A stretch of 64,000 nucleotides of DNA from Octopus sinensis (GCF_006345805.1 NC_042999.1:112468001-112532000); one strand, 5' to 3'. Positions 24,366 to 39,053 are shown, numbered from the stretch's first letter. The notes: generated by a model from the sequence alone, not told the origin. A program made the numbers and translations.

Positions 24366-25634
24366 TAATAATATTGGTTTCATTATTAACCAATCACACT
24401 CAACTTGGAAGAGGTTCGAGGACATATCTTTTCACATTTGATATGATCTGACAAAAATCTGACATTAAATATTTTTATCTATTTATTTATTTATTATTTC
24501 ATTCTCTTTGTTTGATTATTGTTCGTAAATTCCCTTTAATCCTGTCTTGTTAAAGCTACTAATATATGCTAGTGCAATCAAGCATGAAGCAGTCATGTAA
24601 GGACTTAAGTTACACACTTTCAGAATTGTTGTTAAGAATTAATATTATTGCTATTGTTTATGTGTTTGTCTTGTTTTGTATTGTTGTTAGTTCTTGTTTG
24701 TTTTTGTTTTGTTCTGTTTTTTTTTTGTTTTTATTTTTCTATCTATTCTAGATTTTTGTGCTTAAGTTTTCTTCTATTCCTTTCAGCCTCCTAAATTTTT
24801 TTCCTTTTCTTTTCCTTCTTTCTACCTTTCTTTCTTTCATCCTTTTTTTTTTCTTGTTTCTTTCATTACTTTATTTTTATTTTTTTATGATTTTTTTTTG
24901 ATTTTTTTTTTTTTTTCATCAACAATGGAATTAGGAGTTATATATGACAAAGAAATTGTCACTTCATTTGTTACAAATAATCAGGTTGGGAAAAGTGGCA
25001 AGTGAACGAAATTGCATCCTGTAATCTTTCTTAGTTGTGACTGTATGTGTGTATGTATGTCCATATATTTGTGAATATATATGTATATATGTATGAATGC
25101 ATGTATGTATGTATGATGTACACTTGTCTGCATCTGTGTGTTTGAGTTTAGGTGTGCACATTTTCATTTACACATGTATGCATAACAGGGAGAGAGTGTG
25201 TGTATGTATGTATGTATATGGCATATATATGCATGTATGTATGTATGTGGCATATATGCATGTGCATATGTGCTCACATTATTCATGTATGCACAAATTA
25301 ATATATATTTCAGAGAAAGAAAGAAATAAAGAGAAAGAGAGAACAAGTGTATGTTTGTGTGTTTTCTCTAAATGAATTAAAAGTTTTTCCTTTGAAACAG
25401 AATAAGCATCTGCAACTAAGAAAGTGACAAAACTCTACTGTTTGACCTTAAACAGCACAAAAAATGCTGTATTTCTGTGAGTCAGTATAGCCAGCTACAT
25501 AGGTATGTATAGGTATAAATTCAAATAGAAAGACTCGGGGAAGTGTTCCATTGATTCTCACTCTTGTCACAGATTAAATCTGGTAAGCATTGAGCCAATG
25601 AATGGGTTTCTACATGGTTGCTCTACCTACTTGA

Positions 25635-25998
25635 AATAGCAACCAAATCTCCCTCAAATTACACTCTACCATCTTAGGGAAGTGGAATGCATTACATAAT
25701 GAGGTCTTAGATACACTTTGTTTGAAAACAGAAATATGATGGGAACAGCTGGATTGCTTTTCATCATAGGTTTGCTTATCCATAGACTGATTTGGAACTA
25801 AACAAGAAAATCAATAGCAACCAAATCTCCCTCAAATTACACTCTACCATCTTAGAGAAGTAGAATGCATTAAATAATGAGGTCTCAGATATACTGTGCT
25901 TGAAAACAAAGATATGATGGGCACAGCTGGATTGCTTTTGATCATAGGTTTGCTCATTCATACACTGATCTGGAACCAAACAACAAAATCAATAGCAA
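25635..25998. repeat. Tandem duplication of a 178-bp unit from a dispersed repeat
   Basis: AATAGCAA starts units at 25635, 25813 and 25991; the two full units align with scattered substitutions. Confidence 0.9.
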
Positions 25999-26425
25999 TC
26001 TGCAGGGTGTGAGCCAGTCTTTTATCCAATTTTCTATAGAACTCCAGTAATTTCAAATTCCTACATACTAAGAGTCTAAATAAAACTTGAAGTTTTGATG
26101 CAAATTTATATTCTGCATTGGTTCAGCATAAATATTTAATCTCTAAATAATGAAACAACGAGGAAACTTCTTTATGGACTCTCAACTTGCTAGAAGTAGC
26201 AGCCAAATCTTCCTTACATCACATACTATCATTTTTCAAAAAAAGGATACATTGCATATTGTAGTCTGAGATCAATGTTTTTTTTAACTTTTTGTGTTTC
26301 CTACCACCACCACCACTACTACTTTTACCAGTTCACCATCCTGATTTTCTCCTTACATCAATGTTACTTAGGCACATATACTGTAAAATCAGAAGGAAAT
26401 CAGGGAGAACTTTCCCTTTTCTCCC

Positions 26426-26848
26426 TTTTACTTGTTGAAGTCATTTAACTATGGCCATGCTGGAGCACCGCCTTTAGTTGAGCAAATCAACCCCAGGACT
26501 TATTCTTTGTAAGCCGAGTACTTATTCTATTGGTCTCTTTTGCCGAACTGCTAAGTTCCGGGGACGTAAACACACCAGCATTGGTTGTCAAGCGATGTTG
26601 GGGGGAACAAACACAGCCACACAAACACACACACACACATATATATATACATATATACATATATATATAATATAGACATATATACGATGGGCTTCTTTCA
26701 GTTTCTGTCTACCAAATCCACTCACAAGGCTTTGGTCGGCCCAAGGCTATAGTAGAAGACACTTGCCCAAGGTGCCACGGAATGGGACTGAACCCAGAAC
26801 CATGTGGTTGGTAAGCAAGCTACTTACCACACACCTACTCCTGTGCCT
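26426..26848 (-). mobile_element. tRNA-derived SINE family A, near complete
   Basis: Reverse complement contains the head boxes, core, internal microsatellite and full 3' half ending ACAAGTAAAA. Confidence 0.85.
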
Positions 26849-27235
26849 TATATATATATATATATACACACACACATATATATATAAAATTCAGGAGAGG
26901 AGAAAACAAATTCAAAGGCCGGTGTATATATTCATTCAATCCATATTAACGAAATTCTCCATGGTATACAAAGTACATACATAGATGCATTCATATATAT
27001 GAGATATAAAAAATTTCTAAGAATTTACAAATATATACATATACACGAAAATTTATAAATATATAAAATTTCATACAATTATAAAAAATTATAAACACAT
27101 AAAAATTCATAAATATAAATATATAAAAAGTGTAAGTCCATAAATGTACTTGCGAAGTCTGAATGAAGAGGATGATAAAACAGATGTAAAATGATTCATA
27201 AGGAATCTGGAACATGCATAAAGTCTATGTGTAAA

Positions 27236-27321
27236 GTCTTACGGCCATTTCGAAAAGATATAGGTGGCTATGAGTGAGCTAACTCCAACTATAGCAATAC
27301 TCTATATTTCTCTCATCAGAC
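27236..27321 (-). ncRNA. Type I hammerhead-like motif with long stem II, decayed
   Basis: Minus strand: CTGATGA-GAGAAATATAG...CTATATCTTTTC-GAAA-T/ggcc/G-TA-AGAC; 11-bp stem II with inner GCTAT/ATAGC and GAGT/ACTC helices; stem I damaged. Confidence 0.6.
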
Positions 27322-27597
27322 AAGGTTAAAATTTTAAAAGAAATGGTGGGTTAAATAAAATCAAATGTTTGATTGGACTATTATCTTTGGGCATATGATA
27401 TTAAACACAATGTATAATATAAGGTATATTACAATGAAATATATAATAAAAAGTTTTAGAAGAGTCCTTAATATGAAGAAAGGTTAAATTAGAATCCAAT
27501 AGTTTAATTATTTTTGAAAAATTTAAACGTTGAAAGATATTTGTACATCAGATATTTTATTGAGTAAACTATTTTTGTTGGATCGGATAATGTTATT

Positions 27598-27810
27598 TCT
27601 TTATTGCCCACAAGGGGCTAAACACAGAGGGGACAAACAAGGACAGACAAAGGGATTAAGTCGATTACATCGACCCCAGTGCAAAACTGGTACTTAATTT
27701 ATCGACCCCGAAAGGATGAAAGGCAAAGTCAATCTCGGTGGAATTTGAACTCAGAAAGTAACGGCAGACGAAATACCGCATAGCATTTCGCCCGGCGTGC
27801 TAATGTTTCT
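27598..27810 (-). mobile_element. tRNA-derived SINE family B, young copy
   Basis: CpG-rich; reverse complement has GAGTTCAAATTCC B box and CTTTCATCCTTTCGGGGTCGATAAATTAAGTACCAG, resembling a conserved Meta/Nin-type central SINE domain (assignment from memory). Confidence 0.8.
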
Positions 27811-28262
27811 GCATGCATAAATCACAATTCTTCATGTGTATATTATATATATTTTATATATATATATATAAATGTATTTTGAACTACATTATTTGTTGTG
27901 TCTTTCTATTTATTAAGACAGTGGAGTGTGACATGAGAAGTATTTTTTACAGGCTGAGTGATGCTTCTGTAACTACATCAATCTCATTTTCTTATGCTTA
28001 AGATACACAACACTGTTAGTGTACAAATACTGAATAATATCAACAATGTTATTTAAATAGCAAATCTCAGGACACACTTGTGTACTATCTACAACAGCCT
28101 ATGGTGTCATAACAAGTTGTCTATACTGCAATTAGTAAAATAGTCATCCAGCAAGAGACCAAAGCTATTTCGTTTTAATTCTATTGGTGAGCTTGTTACT
28201 CTTTTCTCAGATTTACTGTTACATATAAATTTATGCTTTACAATAGTGAGTTTGAACTTTCA

Positions 28263-28491
28263 TTAAACCTTTAGCATTCAGATTTCTTTGTCAAAAGTAT
28301 TGCTTATATAATCACATTGTTTTGAATTAGTTACACATTGTCTTGTAATTTTGAGATTTCAATGGTATGTTTCTATATTTTGAGAATAAGATTGTAGTGT
28401 AGGTTTGAGACATTAGATCTGGTCAGTTTTAACATTAAAGCAGGAAGAATATTTGGGCCAGATATGGCTGGATTATATGCTAAACAGTTAA
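28263..28491. mobile_element. piggyBac-like MITE, older copy
   Basis: TTAAACCTTTAGCATT...ATGCTAAACAGTTAA; internal sequence aligns with 11094-11286. Confidence 0.7.
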
Positions 28492-28639
28492 ACGTAATAA
28501 ATACATGAAATTATAACAGGATGTCAGAATTTCATTTTCATTCCAAATGGCAGCCATGTTTTAATATTTTTTATAATCTGAGTTGGGAAAAGAGAGTCTG
28601 CCCATGGCCTACATAAGCAGTTTGAGACTGGTAAAATTG

Positions 28640-29200
28640 ATGTTCTTAAATAGCTTCAAGTCAATAACTATAGAAAAAATTTCAGCTGGAAAGGAATTCC
28701 AAGGGGGTTGACATTTTATAGAGGAAGGCCGAGTAAGTTATTTATGCAGCTCTTAGTATGGGAACAATATGTACAATGAGAGAGAGATGAGTGAGCCAGG
28801 TTGCTTTGAGTGGAGGTGGTACAAGATCAGACAGCTGTGAGGAAGGGAGGCTATTGTAGTGGTTTTAGAAAAGATAGTGTGAAGAGACTGCATGTTTATG
28901 GGCCAGAAGCTGGAGTGTGTTGGTGAGTAACTTCATTCCAATAACATGGATGACATCTTTTGGAATCTAGTCTACGATGTCTGTATGTGTAGCATCAATA
29001 CTGTTCTACCAGATGTGAAAGCAACTCTGGGCTATGTTCTGCAACTATTTCTGTTGATTGAACAATTGTAGTTGCATTCCTTCCCTGAAGACCCAAAGAC
29101 TGTGACACTATCTGATATGTCCTACGATGCAATTGTCCAACACTTCAGCTAACTAGATTATTAGTTTTGATTCATTCCTTCTGAAAAGTTCAGAATTAGC
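28640..29200 (-). mobile_element. Decayed CR1/L2-group LINE 3' region
   Basis: Minus strand eroded translation ...SHIW*...LTNTLQLLAHKHAVSS...HYNSLPSSQLSDLVPPP...WNSFPAEI. Confidence 0.65.
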
Positions 29201-31584
29201 TTTACAAAGGTAAATAAAGTAAGGTCCACAGAAGATAGTGGTTGTATTTATCAGCAAAATGCAAAAAAAATTTTAAATCAGTTAATAACATATAAATTAA
29301 AATAAGTTCATGTGTTGTTGTTGCTTGTCCAGGGTCAGCTCTGATTGAGCAGACTTATGTTCAAAGGGGTTCCAGCTGAGACCATTCTATCTATTGCATA
29401 TAGATTGTTCAATGTGTCAAATGTTGTGTGAACTGAGAGGATTTAGTTGCTATTTCTAGCAGATTAAAGAACAATTGCATAAAAACTCCTTCATTGGCTT
29501 GTAAGTTCATGGATTGTAAAAGAGTTTAGCACTCACCTCTATCTTGACATAATTAGCTTAATTTTTCAAATTTCATTTATTTTTTTTTTTAGTTATTCAG
29601 AGTAGAAAACAAGACCCTGTGACATGAATGACCTTTGGAACGGCAGGAATAGCCAAGTGCTATTTATTCCTTCTTTTTATATTTTCCCTTGCTTATCTGG
29701 TAATACTTCAGTGTACCCACTTAGGTACATTAGAATAGCAAGTTATGTTTAGACATGGATATACAACTTTAAAAACTTACACAGTTCTATCTAGCATACA
29801 ATCTGCAAAAACATCAAAAAACAACAAAAACTTTATAGCTGTATCACTTACACAGACAGCTTTCTCACCTGCTAGAACTGAGATCTGAAATTCTGAGGAT
29901 TCTTTAAACAAACATTCTACCCACTTTGCTATTGGTCGATATCTCTTTAAAATATCTACACTTCAAAAACTTAATTATCATCTAGTTTTACATTGAAAAA
30001 ATATATCATTTACCAACAGTTATATTCTTTACCTTTTTTTTTTTGTTTTCTTTTTTGCCTTTATTTTCAGAGAGATTTTTTTTAACTTTCACAGTTCTTT
30101 ATCTTTTGTTCATACTGCTTTGAAAATGTTAAAAAGTTATTATCTCCTTTAAACAAAAGTATAATTAAGTAACATGGTTTTCCACTGTACATAATTACTC
30201 CTAAGCTAAAACAAAGGGGCTGAATATAAGAGAAAGAGTCAGAGTGGAGAGAGAGAGAGAGAAAGAGAGAGAGATGCTATAAGCAATATACAGTTTTGAA
30301 AGAAGGATATTCAATTCAGTTTCTTCGTTTTAATAAACTCAATCTAATTAAATAGAGAAGCTAGCATGTCTTTTGAGATAATCAAATGCTAAACTAGGAA
30401 GAAGTCAAAGCAATAGACTGTGTCTGCCCTCTGGAATCCCACGGCTACAACTGAAATATTACCGGCAAACTACGAGTAAATGAGATCAGAACAAAAGAGA
30501 TAAGTAATATCTGACAACAGCAATTTACACATTCATTTAAAACAATTCTATGACTTTGTAAGGAAATGTTTTGTTGTTTGTGGTATGGTTTTTTGATGAT
30601 TATGTTATTGCTATTGTTTGTTTTCTTGTTTGTTTTTCCAATAACATTCCGTTTACAAGTGAAATAGAAGTAAATGTAATTATTTAAAATGATTTGATTT
30701 GAAACTCTACTAAATTTATTTCTCCATCTTTACAATTGTATTATAAAAATCTAAATTCATCTCCTTTTAAACATATCAGCTTCCCCGGAAGTTTTCCATC
30801 AGCTAATTCAGATCAACATATCCAACATGTTTAGATTAGATTGTGCAGTGTTAAGTACCTTTTTCCAACTTACTAAACAATCTCTTATAAAATGAAATGT
30901 GTATGTATGAAGGGGAGGACAAGGTAGATGGTTTAAAAGACAATAACTCTTAATGATTAAGTTAAGCAAATCAACTAGTTTATTCAACTGAATACGTATA
31001 TTAAGTCCCTTATGTTGGATTACCTACGTCACCCAAACCCTCTTTAAACATACAGCCACTACCTCCACCCTTTCCCCCCAGCTCTTTCCAATTTCTAAAT
31101 TGTTCAGAATTATCATTTTAAACCTTAGTAAAGTAACTCATTTCCTACTTGTTCATCCTTTCATAGGGGAAGATGAGGCTTCAATAAAGTTTCAATATTG
31201 TTTTGGATTATGAAATTTCAGTCCCATTTCTCTAAGTATCATCCTTCACAAATCTGACACTTAAGTGACCCTCACCCTTCTGCAAATGGTCTTCCACATT
31301 CTATTTTATTTGTAATACTAACACATAAGGATTTAGTCACAGAATCTGTAACCTAGCTGAGCTGAGGTTAAATTTGGATATTAAACACAATAATTCTTAA
31401 AATCATAACAAAACTTTCATACACTTCCATCCATCATTTTCTTTACAATTTCTATTCCTTCTTAACCTCTCTAGTACTCTCTCTCACTCTCACACACACA
31501 CATGCATACACTCTCTCCCCTCTCATCCTTCTCTTTTTACATATATATGTGTGTATATATGTACACATATATATGTATACATAC

Positions 31585-31630
<46 letters not shown>

Positions 31631-31633
<3 letters not shown>

Positions 31634-31797
31634 CACAAGCGTGGCTGTGTGATAAGAAGCTTGCTTCTCAATCACATGGTTCCAGGTTCAGTCCCACTGC
31701 GAGGCACCTAGGGCAAATGTCTTCTACTAATAGCCTTGGGTTGACGAAAGCCTTGTGAGTAGATTTGGAAGATTGAAACTGAAAGAAGCCCGTCATA

Positions 31798-31830
<33 letters not shown>

Positions 31831-32050
31831 TGTATGTATATATTTATGTGTTTGTGTCTGTTTGTGTCTGTTACCATCACTTGACAATTGATGTTGGTGT
31901 GTTTACAACCACATAATTTAGTGGTTCAACAGGAAAAACCGATAGAATAAGCACCAGGCTTACAAAGAATAAGTCCAGGGGCCAATTTTTAGCTAAAAAG
32001 CAATGCTCCAGCATGGCCATAGTCAAATGACTGAAACAAGTAAAAGAATA
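31631..32050 (+). mobile_element. tRNA-derived SINE family A, near complete
   Basis: AGGCACAAGCGTGGCTGTGTG...GGTTCAGTCCCACTG...AAATGACTGAAACAAGTAAAAG. Confidence 0.8.
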
Positions 32051-32364
32051 AAAGAATAAAAGGATACATGTATATATAAATTTATATACATACATATATG
32101 TATGTATGTAGTATGTATGTATGTATGTATGTATGTATGTACGTATGTATGTATGCATGCATGCATGTATGTATGTATGAGCACAAGCATGGTAGTGTGG
32201 TAAGAAGTTTGCTTCCCAACCACATGGTTCGAGATCCTGTCCCACTGTGTGGCACCTTGGGTATATGTTTTCTACTAAGGCCCCAGTCTAATCAAAACCT
32301 TAAAAGTGGATTTGGCAGGCAGAAGAAGCCCGTTGTGTGTGTGTGTCTGTGTCTGTGTGTGTGT

Positions 32365-32470
<106 letters not shown>

Positions 32471-34233
32471 ATATATATATATATATATAGCAAGAGGGGG
32501 ATATGATATCCAGGCGGATAGCGAATTTCTCAAAGTAAAATGCCAAGACTGGTTCCTTCCAATGGTGCATTTTTTTTTTTGGTAATTTACCTTCAGCTCT
32601 CATCTGATGTTCCAGTTAACTTCTTGAATACTTAGAGTGTAAAGAACAATATTAGAATGGGGAGAAAGAAAAATTTGAACATTCACACTTTATCTTTATT
32701 TCCAGTTAGAATAAAAGCCTAAAACATGTTTTGCTTGCACCAATCACATATTGTTGCATATTCACATGCAGAGATTTATGCATTATTGGTGTGGTCTCTT
32801 CAGGGCAAATAAATTTGATATCGTTTGAAGAGGAATTTTCCTCCTCAATTAGTTTGAATTAGATTTGGTAGCAGTAGTAAACACTGAAAATTCCTCAATG
32901 AAATGTTTGTTTGGGTGAAATTCAATAGCATCAGTAGCAGTGATTGTTGAGGTCAGCAAGTGTTCCTGATTAGGCTGGGAGTGATTAATTATCAAATACT
33001 TATTTTTTGAATGACTCAACATACTTTATAGTCAGAAGGCATATTAATGGAATTCAGAGTTGGTTGTATTATTTGAATTTTGTAAAGGTTATTAATAGTA
33101 GTAGTGAATAATTGTTAATCAGTTAAAAATAAGAAATAGTTGTATCTTCAATTCTTCTAACTTATTACTTAAAACATAAGTAAAAAGTAATAAGTTACAT
33201 ATGTATGTAGTGTCCAAAAGTATTACACATGCTCAGTATTTCACTGTTGTAAAAAATTTAGAATCCCCTGAGTGAAAAATTGAGAAGAGGGGACTTCAGC
33301 AGTTATATGTTGGCTGTATGTGTAAATGTTTTTTGGGTTGCAGTGTTTGATCTGAAAAGCAATGTTGTTAAAGTATGAAATTACATCTTGATGACTACAA
33401 GACCAGACAAGGTTGGTTTCCCTTATGCCATAGCAATCCAAACATAAACCTTTCTGCGTCCCCACATATTTGAACACGTGCCTTGCTTTGACTAGTCAGT
33501 GTTGGTCTTGCAGTTGTTTTACAGATGCAGCATCAACTATGCAGCAATTACTGCCTGTTCAATTGTACATGAACCTTATGTGCATGAAACCCCAAGTAGC
33601 AAAAGGTGTGAATCACCAACGGATTACACATAAATGTAAAGTCTGCACCATGTACCAAGTGCTCTTTTTCTATGGTTTATAAACAGAACCATAAATATAA
33701 AGACAAATGCACACACACATGTGCACGTGCACACACACACATACATCCACACATACACACACACAATATACACACACATACAATGCATGCACACCACACC
33801 ACACACACACCACACACACACACCATATACACACACACAACACACACACACACACACACACACACACCCACACCCACACACACACACATATATATTATAT
33901 ATAATATATATATAATATATATAATTATTATATAAACATACACACATACATATGTTTATTCATATGTAAGATAAACAGGATTATATGTTTCCACACAAGA
34001 GTTTCATTCAATGTCTTTTGGTTGGCTGTACATATTAGGGATTTTCAAGGCTGATTGAATGAAACTACAGCGCAAAAAGGTAATCCTGTTACTATAAATG
34101 TCAGGCTTAACATATTTCAACACTAGACTGTATTGACCACATTTATACCGCGTACCAAGAGTTAAACACCAAATATATGTTACTTATATGTATGTGTGTG
34201 TGTATGTATGTACACACACACAAATATATATAT

Positions 34234-34291
<58 letters not shown>

Positions 34292-34715
34292 TATATATAT
34301 ATATATACATATATGTATATATATAGTAGAAACAATTGCTTCAGAAGATAGAGTATACTAGAAACTTTATTTATCACAATGATCATTTCCTGCTCTACTC
34401 CCTCATGGGTGGGAAACTATACAATGAATTATACTAAACGTGCACTGAGGAATTTCTAACATAGACTCAGTGACAATTGTGCAAACTTTAATTTTCAACT
34501 TATATATATATATATATATATATGCATGCAAGCATACATATGTATTTGTATATGACACCATTTATCTTAGTTGAAGGTACAGTGCTGAAAGTAATAGACA
34601 GATTTGTCAACCTAGACAACACATGCAGCCGTCCTTGCTTCTTGAATGATGAAATATCTTAAAGGCTTCAGAAGGCAACTGATTCCTTCCAAGCTCTTGA
34701 ATTTCTTGCCTGGTC

Positions 34716-34769
<54 letters not shown>

Positions 34770-36110
34770 ATGTATGTATGTGCATAGATGTGATGCCATG
34801 TTTAAACCAGTTATATGTACACACATAGGTACATGCATATTTAATGGGATGGTTGGTTGAAGAAGTAAGCTGGGTTGAGGTCCAATATATGTGTGTGTGT
34901 AGATAAAGAAAAAATGAGAAAACCAGGTAGGATTAAATTCAAGCTATTAAAGAGCATTAACATGGCAAAATTGTTGAAATACATCTTGAATGATACTGTC
35001 AGAAAATATACATATTGCTTTCTTATGCAGTTGGTACTTGGATAGAACAGGAAAACAAATACATGAAATGGCTTCAGCTGGAAGAAAGGAAAGGACATAA
35101 CACATCAAGGCTACCTAAGGCTATCTGCAAAATAAACTTCCTTTCTGCTAAGATCTGAATTCGACCATGCATCCCACCACATAGAATAGCAGGAAAGGTT
35201 CCTCTCTTTAAAGCTGACAGTAGGCTCCAGTGAATAGACAAAAATTTGCCCATGCTCGGCTGGTCTGTAATGTGAGGGGTTGAAACCCCGCATAAGGCCA
35301 GATGACTTGATCGATGTATAACCCATCATGTGACCACATGTATGAGCTGTATTTGGGCATTTAAAGGTAGACAGGCAAATTGGGAACATATACTTGTTAC
35401 ACATACGTATATGTATCCAGTGCTAAAGCAGATATTGCAACTTAGTGCAATCCTTTGGATTGTCGGATCCTGGTGAATCATCAAACACATGTCAGTATGG
35501 AACACACACATTAAATGATAATGATGACGTCAACGATGAGGATGATATAAAGTATATGACTTATGATGTATACATCTGCAGAGATTGATGAGTCTATGAC
35601 ACAGCTGAACTGATGACATCGTACCCAACGTTGCCAAGTTTTTTGCCAGTTTAACCTTAATGTAAATCATAGGAAAGTAACAGCTTGGGAAAAACAATGA
35701 TACAAAGAAAATAACCACTGCTATTTCATAGACATACTGATAACTCTCTGCCTCATGTCAGCTTCACCATGATGTGTCCTTTGTACAATGTATCTTTCAT
35801 TTTTCTGACACCTGTATAGTGTTCTTCTACAATCTTTGTACTCCAGTTGTGAAACATCTTCCTGATGGTTTCTTGCAATCAGATGTTCTCTCTAACAATA
35901 TTATATTTAATAATTACACATCTGTGATAATTTGGCAGCAAGTATGGATTGTGTATTTTGTAATTTTCGCATTATGTAACAAATAGTTATCTCATGCTTG
36001 TTCAACATACAAAAGTAGTGAAATTAAGCATCTTATGAAACTACCTCTCATACTTTTTCCATATACATGTAATAGATATATATGTACACATACATACAAT
36101 ACATGCATAC

Positions 36111-36171
<61 letters not shown>

Positions 36172-36475
36172 ATATATATCTATATATATATATATATATA
36201 TATATATAATGTAATAATATAAGGATGCTTGAGAGAATCAGGTACTTGAGTGATATGCACCAGGTAGGGTTGAGTTAACCTGTGATCACCACCTTTAGTT
36301 GAATAAATGTCCCGTAAAATATTCAGGTTGTGCACACAGAGGAAAAAGACCACTCCTTCGAGTATTTATCACCTAGGGGCTTGTCCAAAGCACATGTTCT
36401 GTTGATCACACACTGCTTGTTATACTCTAGGACGTCCAAACATCATGAATTCCTCTGGTGTATTATAATCAAATG

Positions 36476-36536
36476 AATAATAACAGACGATGGATAAATG
36501 TCTGGAACTGACATTTACCTATCGTCTGTTATTATT
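36476..36536. repeat. 27-bp-arm hairpin with 7-nt loop
   Basis: AATAATAACAGACGATGGATAAATGTC-TGGAACT-GACATTTACCTATCGTCTGTTATTATT; as RNA, one G-U pair and one A-C mismatch. Confidence 0.85.
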
Positions 36537-36589
36537 ATTGTGTGTGTGTGTGTGTGTGTGAGTGTATGAGAGGGTGTGTGTATTCTTTT

Positions 36590-36872
36590 GTTCTTTTATT
36601 CTTCTATTTGTTCCAGTTATTTGACTGCGGCCATGCTGGAGCACCACCTTAAAGGCTTTTAGTTGAAGAAGTTGACACCAGGACTTATTCTTTGTAAGCC
36701 TAGTATTTATTCTATTGGTCTCTTTTGTTGAACTGCTAAGTTATGGGAAATCTATTCACAAGGCTTTGGTCAGCCCGAGGCTATAGTAGAAGGCACTTAC
36801 CCAAGGTGCTACACAGTGGGACTGAACCTGGAACCATGTGGTTGGGAAGTAGGTTTCATACCACACAGCCAC
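36590..36872 (-). mobile_element. tRNA-derived SINE family A with internal deletion
   Basis: The 3' half joins directly to the reversed head (CACAAGGCTTTGG...GTGGGACTGAACC). Confidence 0.7.
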
Positions 36873-36885
36873 GATTATGTATGTG

Positions 36886-36957
<72 letters not shown>

Positions 36958-37025
36958 GATAAGTGTATATACATATATATGTATGTGTGTGTTTCCCTCT
37001 CTCTCTCTCTCTATATATATATATA

Positions 37026-37080
<55 letters not shown>

Positions 37081-38400
37081 TAATATATATATATATATAA
37101 TATATATATATTGGTAGGCTTCTTTTCTGTTTCTGTCAACCAGATTAGTCCACAAAGCTTTGGCTGGTCTCGAGGCTATAGCAGAATATGCCCTTGGTGA
37201 AAATGTCTTTGGTCATGGGGAAATACTACCATGCTTAGAAGAAAACAGGTAAGGGTTGGAAACAGGAAGGGTATTCAGACATAGATAACCTATACCAACA
37301 AATGCCATCTGACCTATGCAAGCATGGGAAAGGGAATGGCAAAATGATGATGAAAATGATAATGATGATATATATATATATTAGCTTTGCTTTTACTTTA
37401 CATTATATCATTACATACACATAGGTTATAAAAAGTCTTAGTTTTTACACACTGATGAAGAGTATACATATAGATCTACATGCACAAACAAAAAACACAC
37501 ACATACCCTCAAATATACACACGCATGTGTTAGAATGTACAAACATCCTTAACAGTGTGTCATGCACTCATATTTTATTCAATTTTTTTTAATATTCAAA
37601 AACTATAGAAGAACAATAGGATTTGAAAGTTATTGAGGGCTTTAAAGATAAATACTAAAAATGTCTCTACATACCTGTAGGTAAAAAAGGGTTATAAACT
37701 TCTCTGTAATAGAAAAAAAAAATTCAAAAAAGTAGCAAACGATAGAAAACAGAATAAATGTAATAAAATAGAATAATATACTATAGTTTTAGATCTTACA
37801 TTATTTTTATTAAAATACATTTTAAATAATATGACTGTGAATGAAATGAGAATATGGCAGTGAACATGTGTGTAAGTTTGTGTTTTTATGGAGTAATTTT
37901 AGAAATAGAATAGTAACTGTTATTAGATTAAGAACAGATCAGTAAAAAATTGAATTATATATAAAAAAAATTTCTAAAATAAATTCTATAATATATTACT
38001 ATAATGTTTCTCTCTAACTCACCTCCATGCTCTCTGTCTATCTCAAACATATGCATAGTAACACATGCATGCATACACATATACATGTAAATATATATAA
38101 ATATGTATATATATATTTTTGTATATATATATATGTGTATTTATATGTGTGTGTCTGTATCTATATGTATGTACATATGTATATGTATATATATACACAC
38201 ACATATATATATATATGTCTGTGGGTGGGTGGGGGTGGGGGTGGGGGTGTATGTTTGTATGTATATATATATATAAAAGTATATATATACTTATATATAC
38301 CTAAGTGTGTGTATATATATATATATATATGCACTTAGGTATATATTAAACGATGATATATACCTAAGTGTGTGTATATATATATATATATATACATATA

Positions 38401-39053
38401 TACACTTAGGTATATATAAGTATATATATTCATATGGATATATATCTAAATATGTACACACACACACACACACATATCTATATATATAAATATGTATGTA
38501 TGTATATATGTATATATATATATATATATGTAGGTATGTGTGTGCATACACACACATATATAACTTAATGAGACCTGCAAATGATCATTATTGAAATAAC
38601 TTAAAGTTTCAATTTTCAAATGTTCAAATAGTAATGATAAAGAGATGCGCATAAAACTTTTTAGCATTTACACTTGTAAGCACTCATGTGTTCATACATA
38701 ACGTCATCAAGGAATTTAATGGGGGAACTGAACAATAAAAAATGCAAAAATTTTTTCATCACTCATAAAAATTCACTGATGTAACAAGAAAACATAACTG
38801 AAAGGTATTTTTCTTAAAAGACTTGAGGAAAGAACAATTATTTCAGAACATCATATATTATATACATGATCATTTGCAGGTCTCATTAAGTTATATATGT
38901 GTGTGTATGCACACACATACCTACATATATATATATATATATATACATATATACATACATACATATTTATATATATAGATATGTGTGTGTGTGTGTGTAC
39001 ATATTTAGATATATATCCATATGAATATATATACTTATATATACCTAAGTGTA
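38401..39053. repeat. 188-bp inverted duplication around a 277-bp spacer
   Basis: 38401-38588 is the reverse complement of 38866-39053, differing only in the lengths of two dinucleotide runs; includes the unique segment AACTTAATGAGACCTGCAAATGATCAT. Confidence 0.9.
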
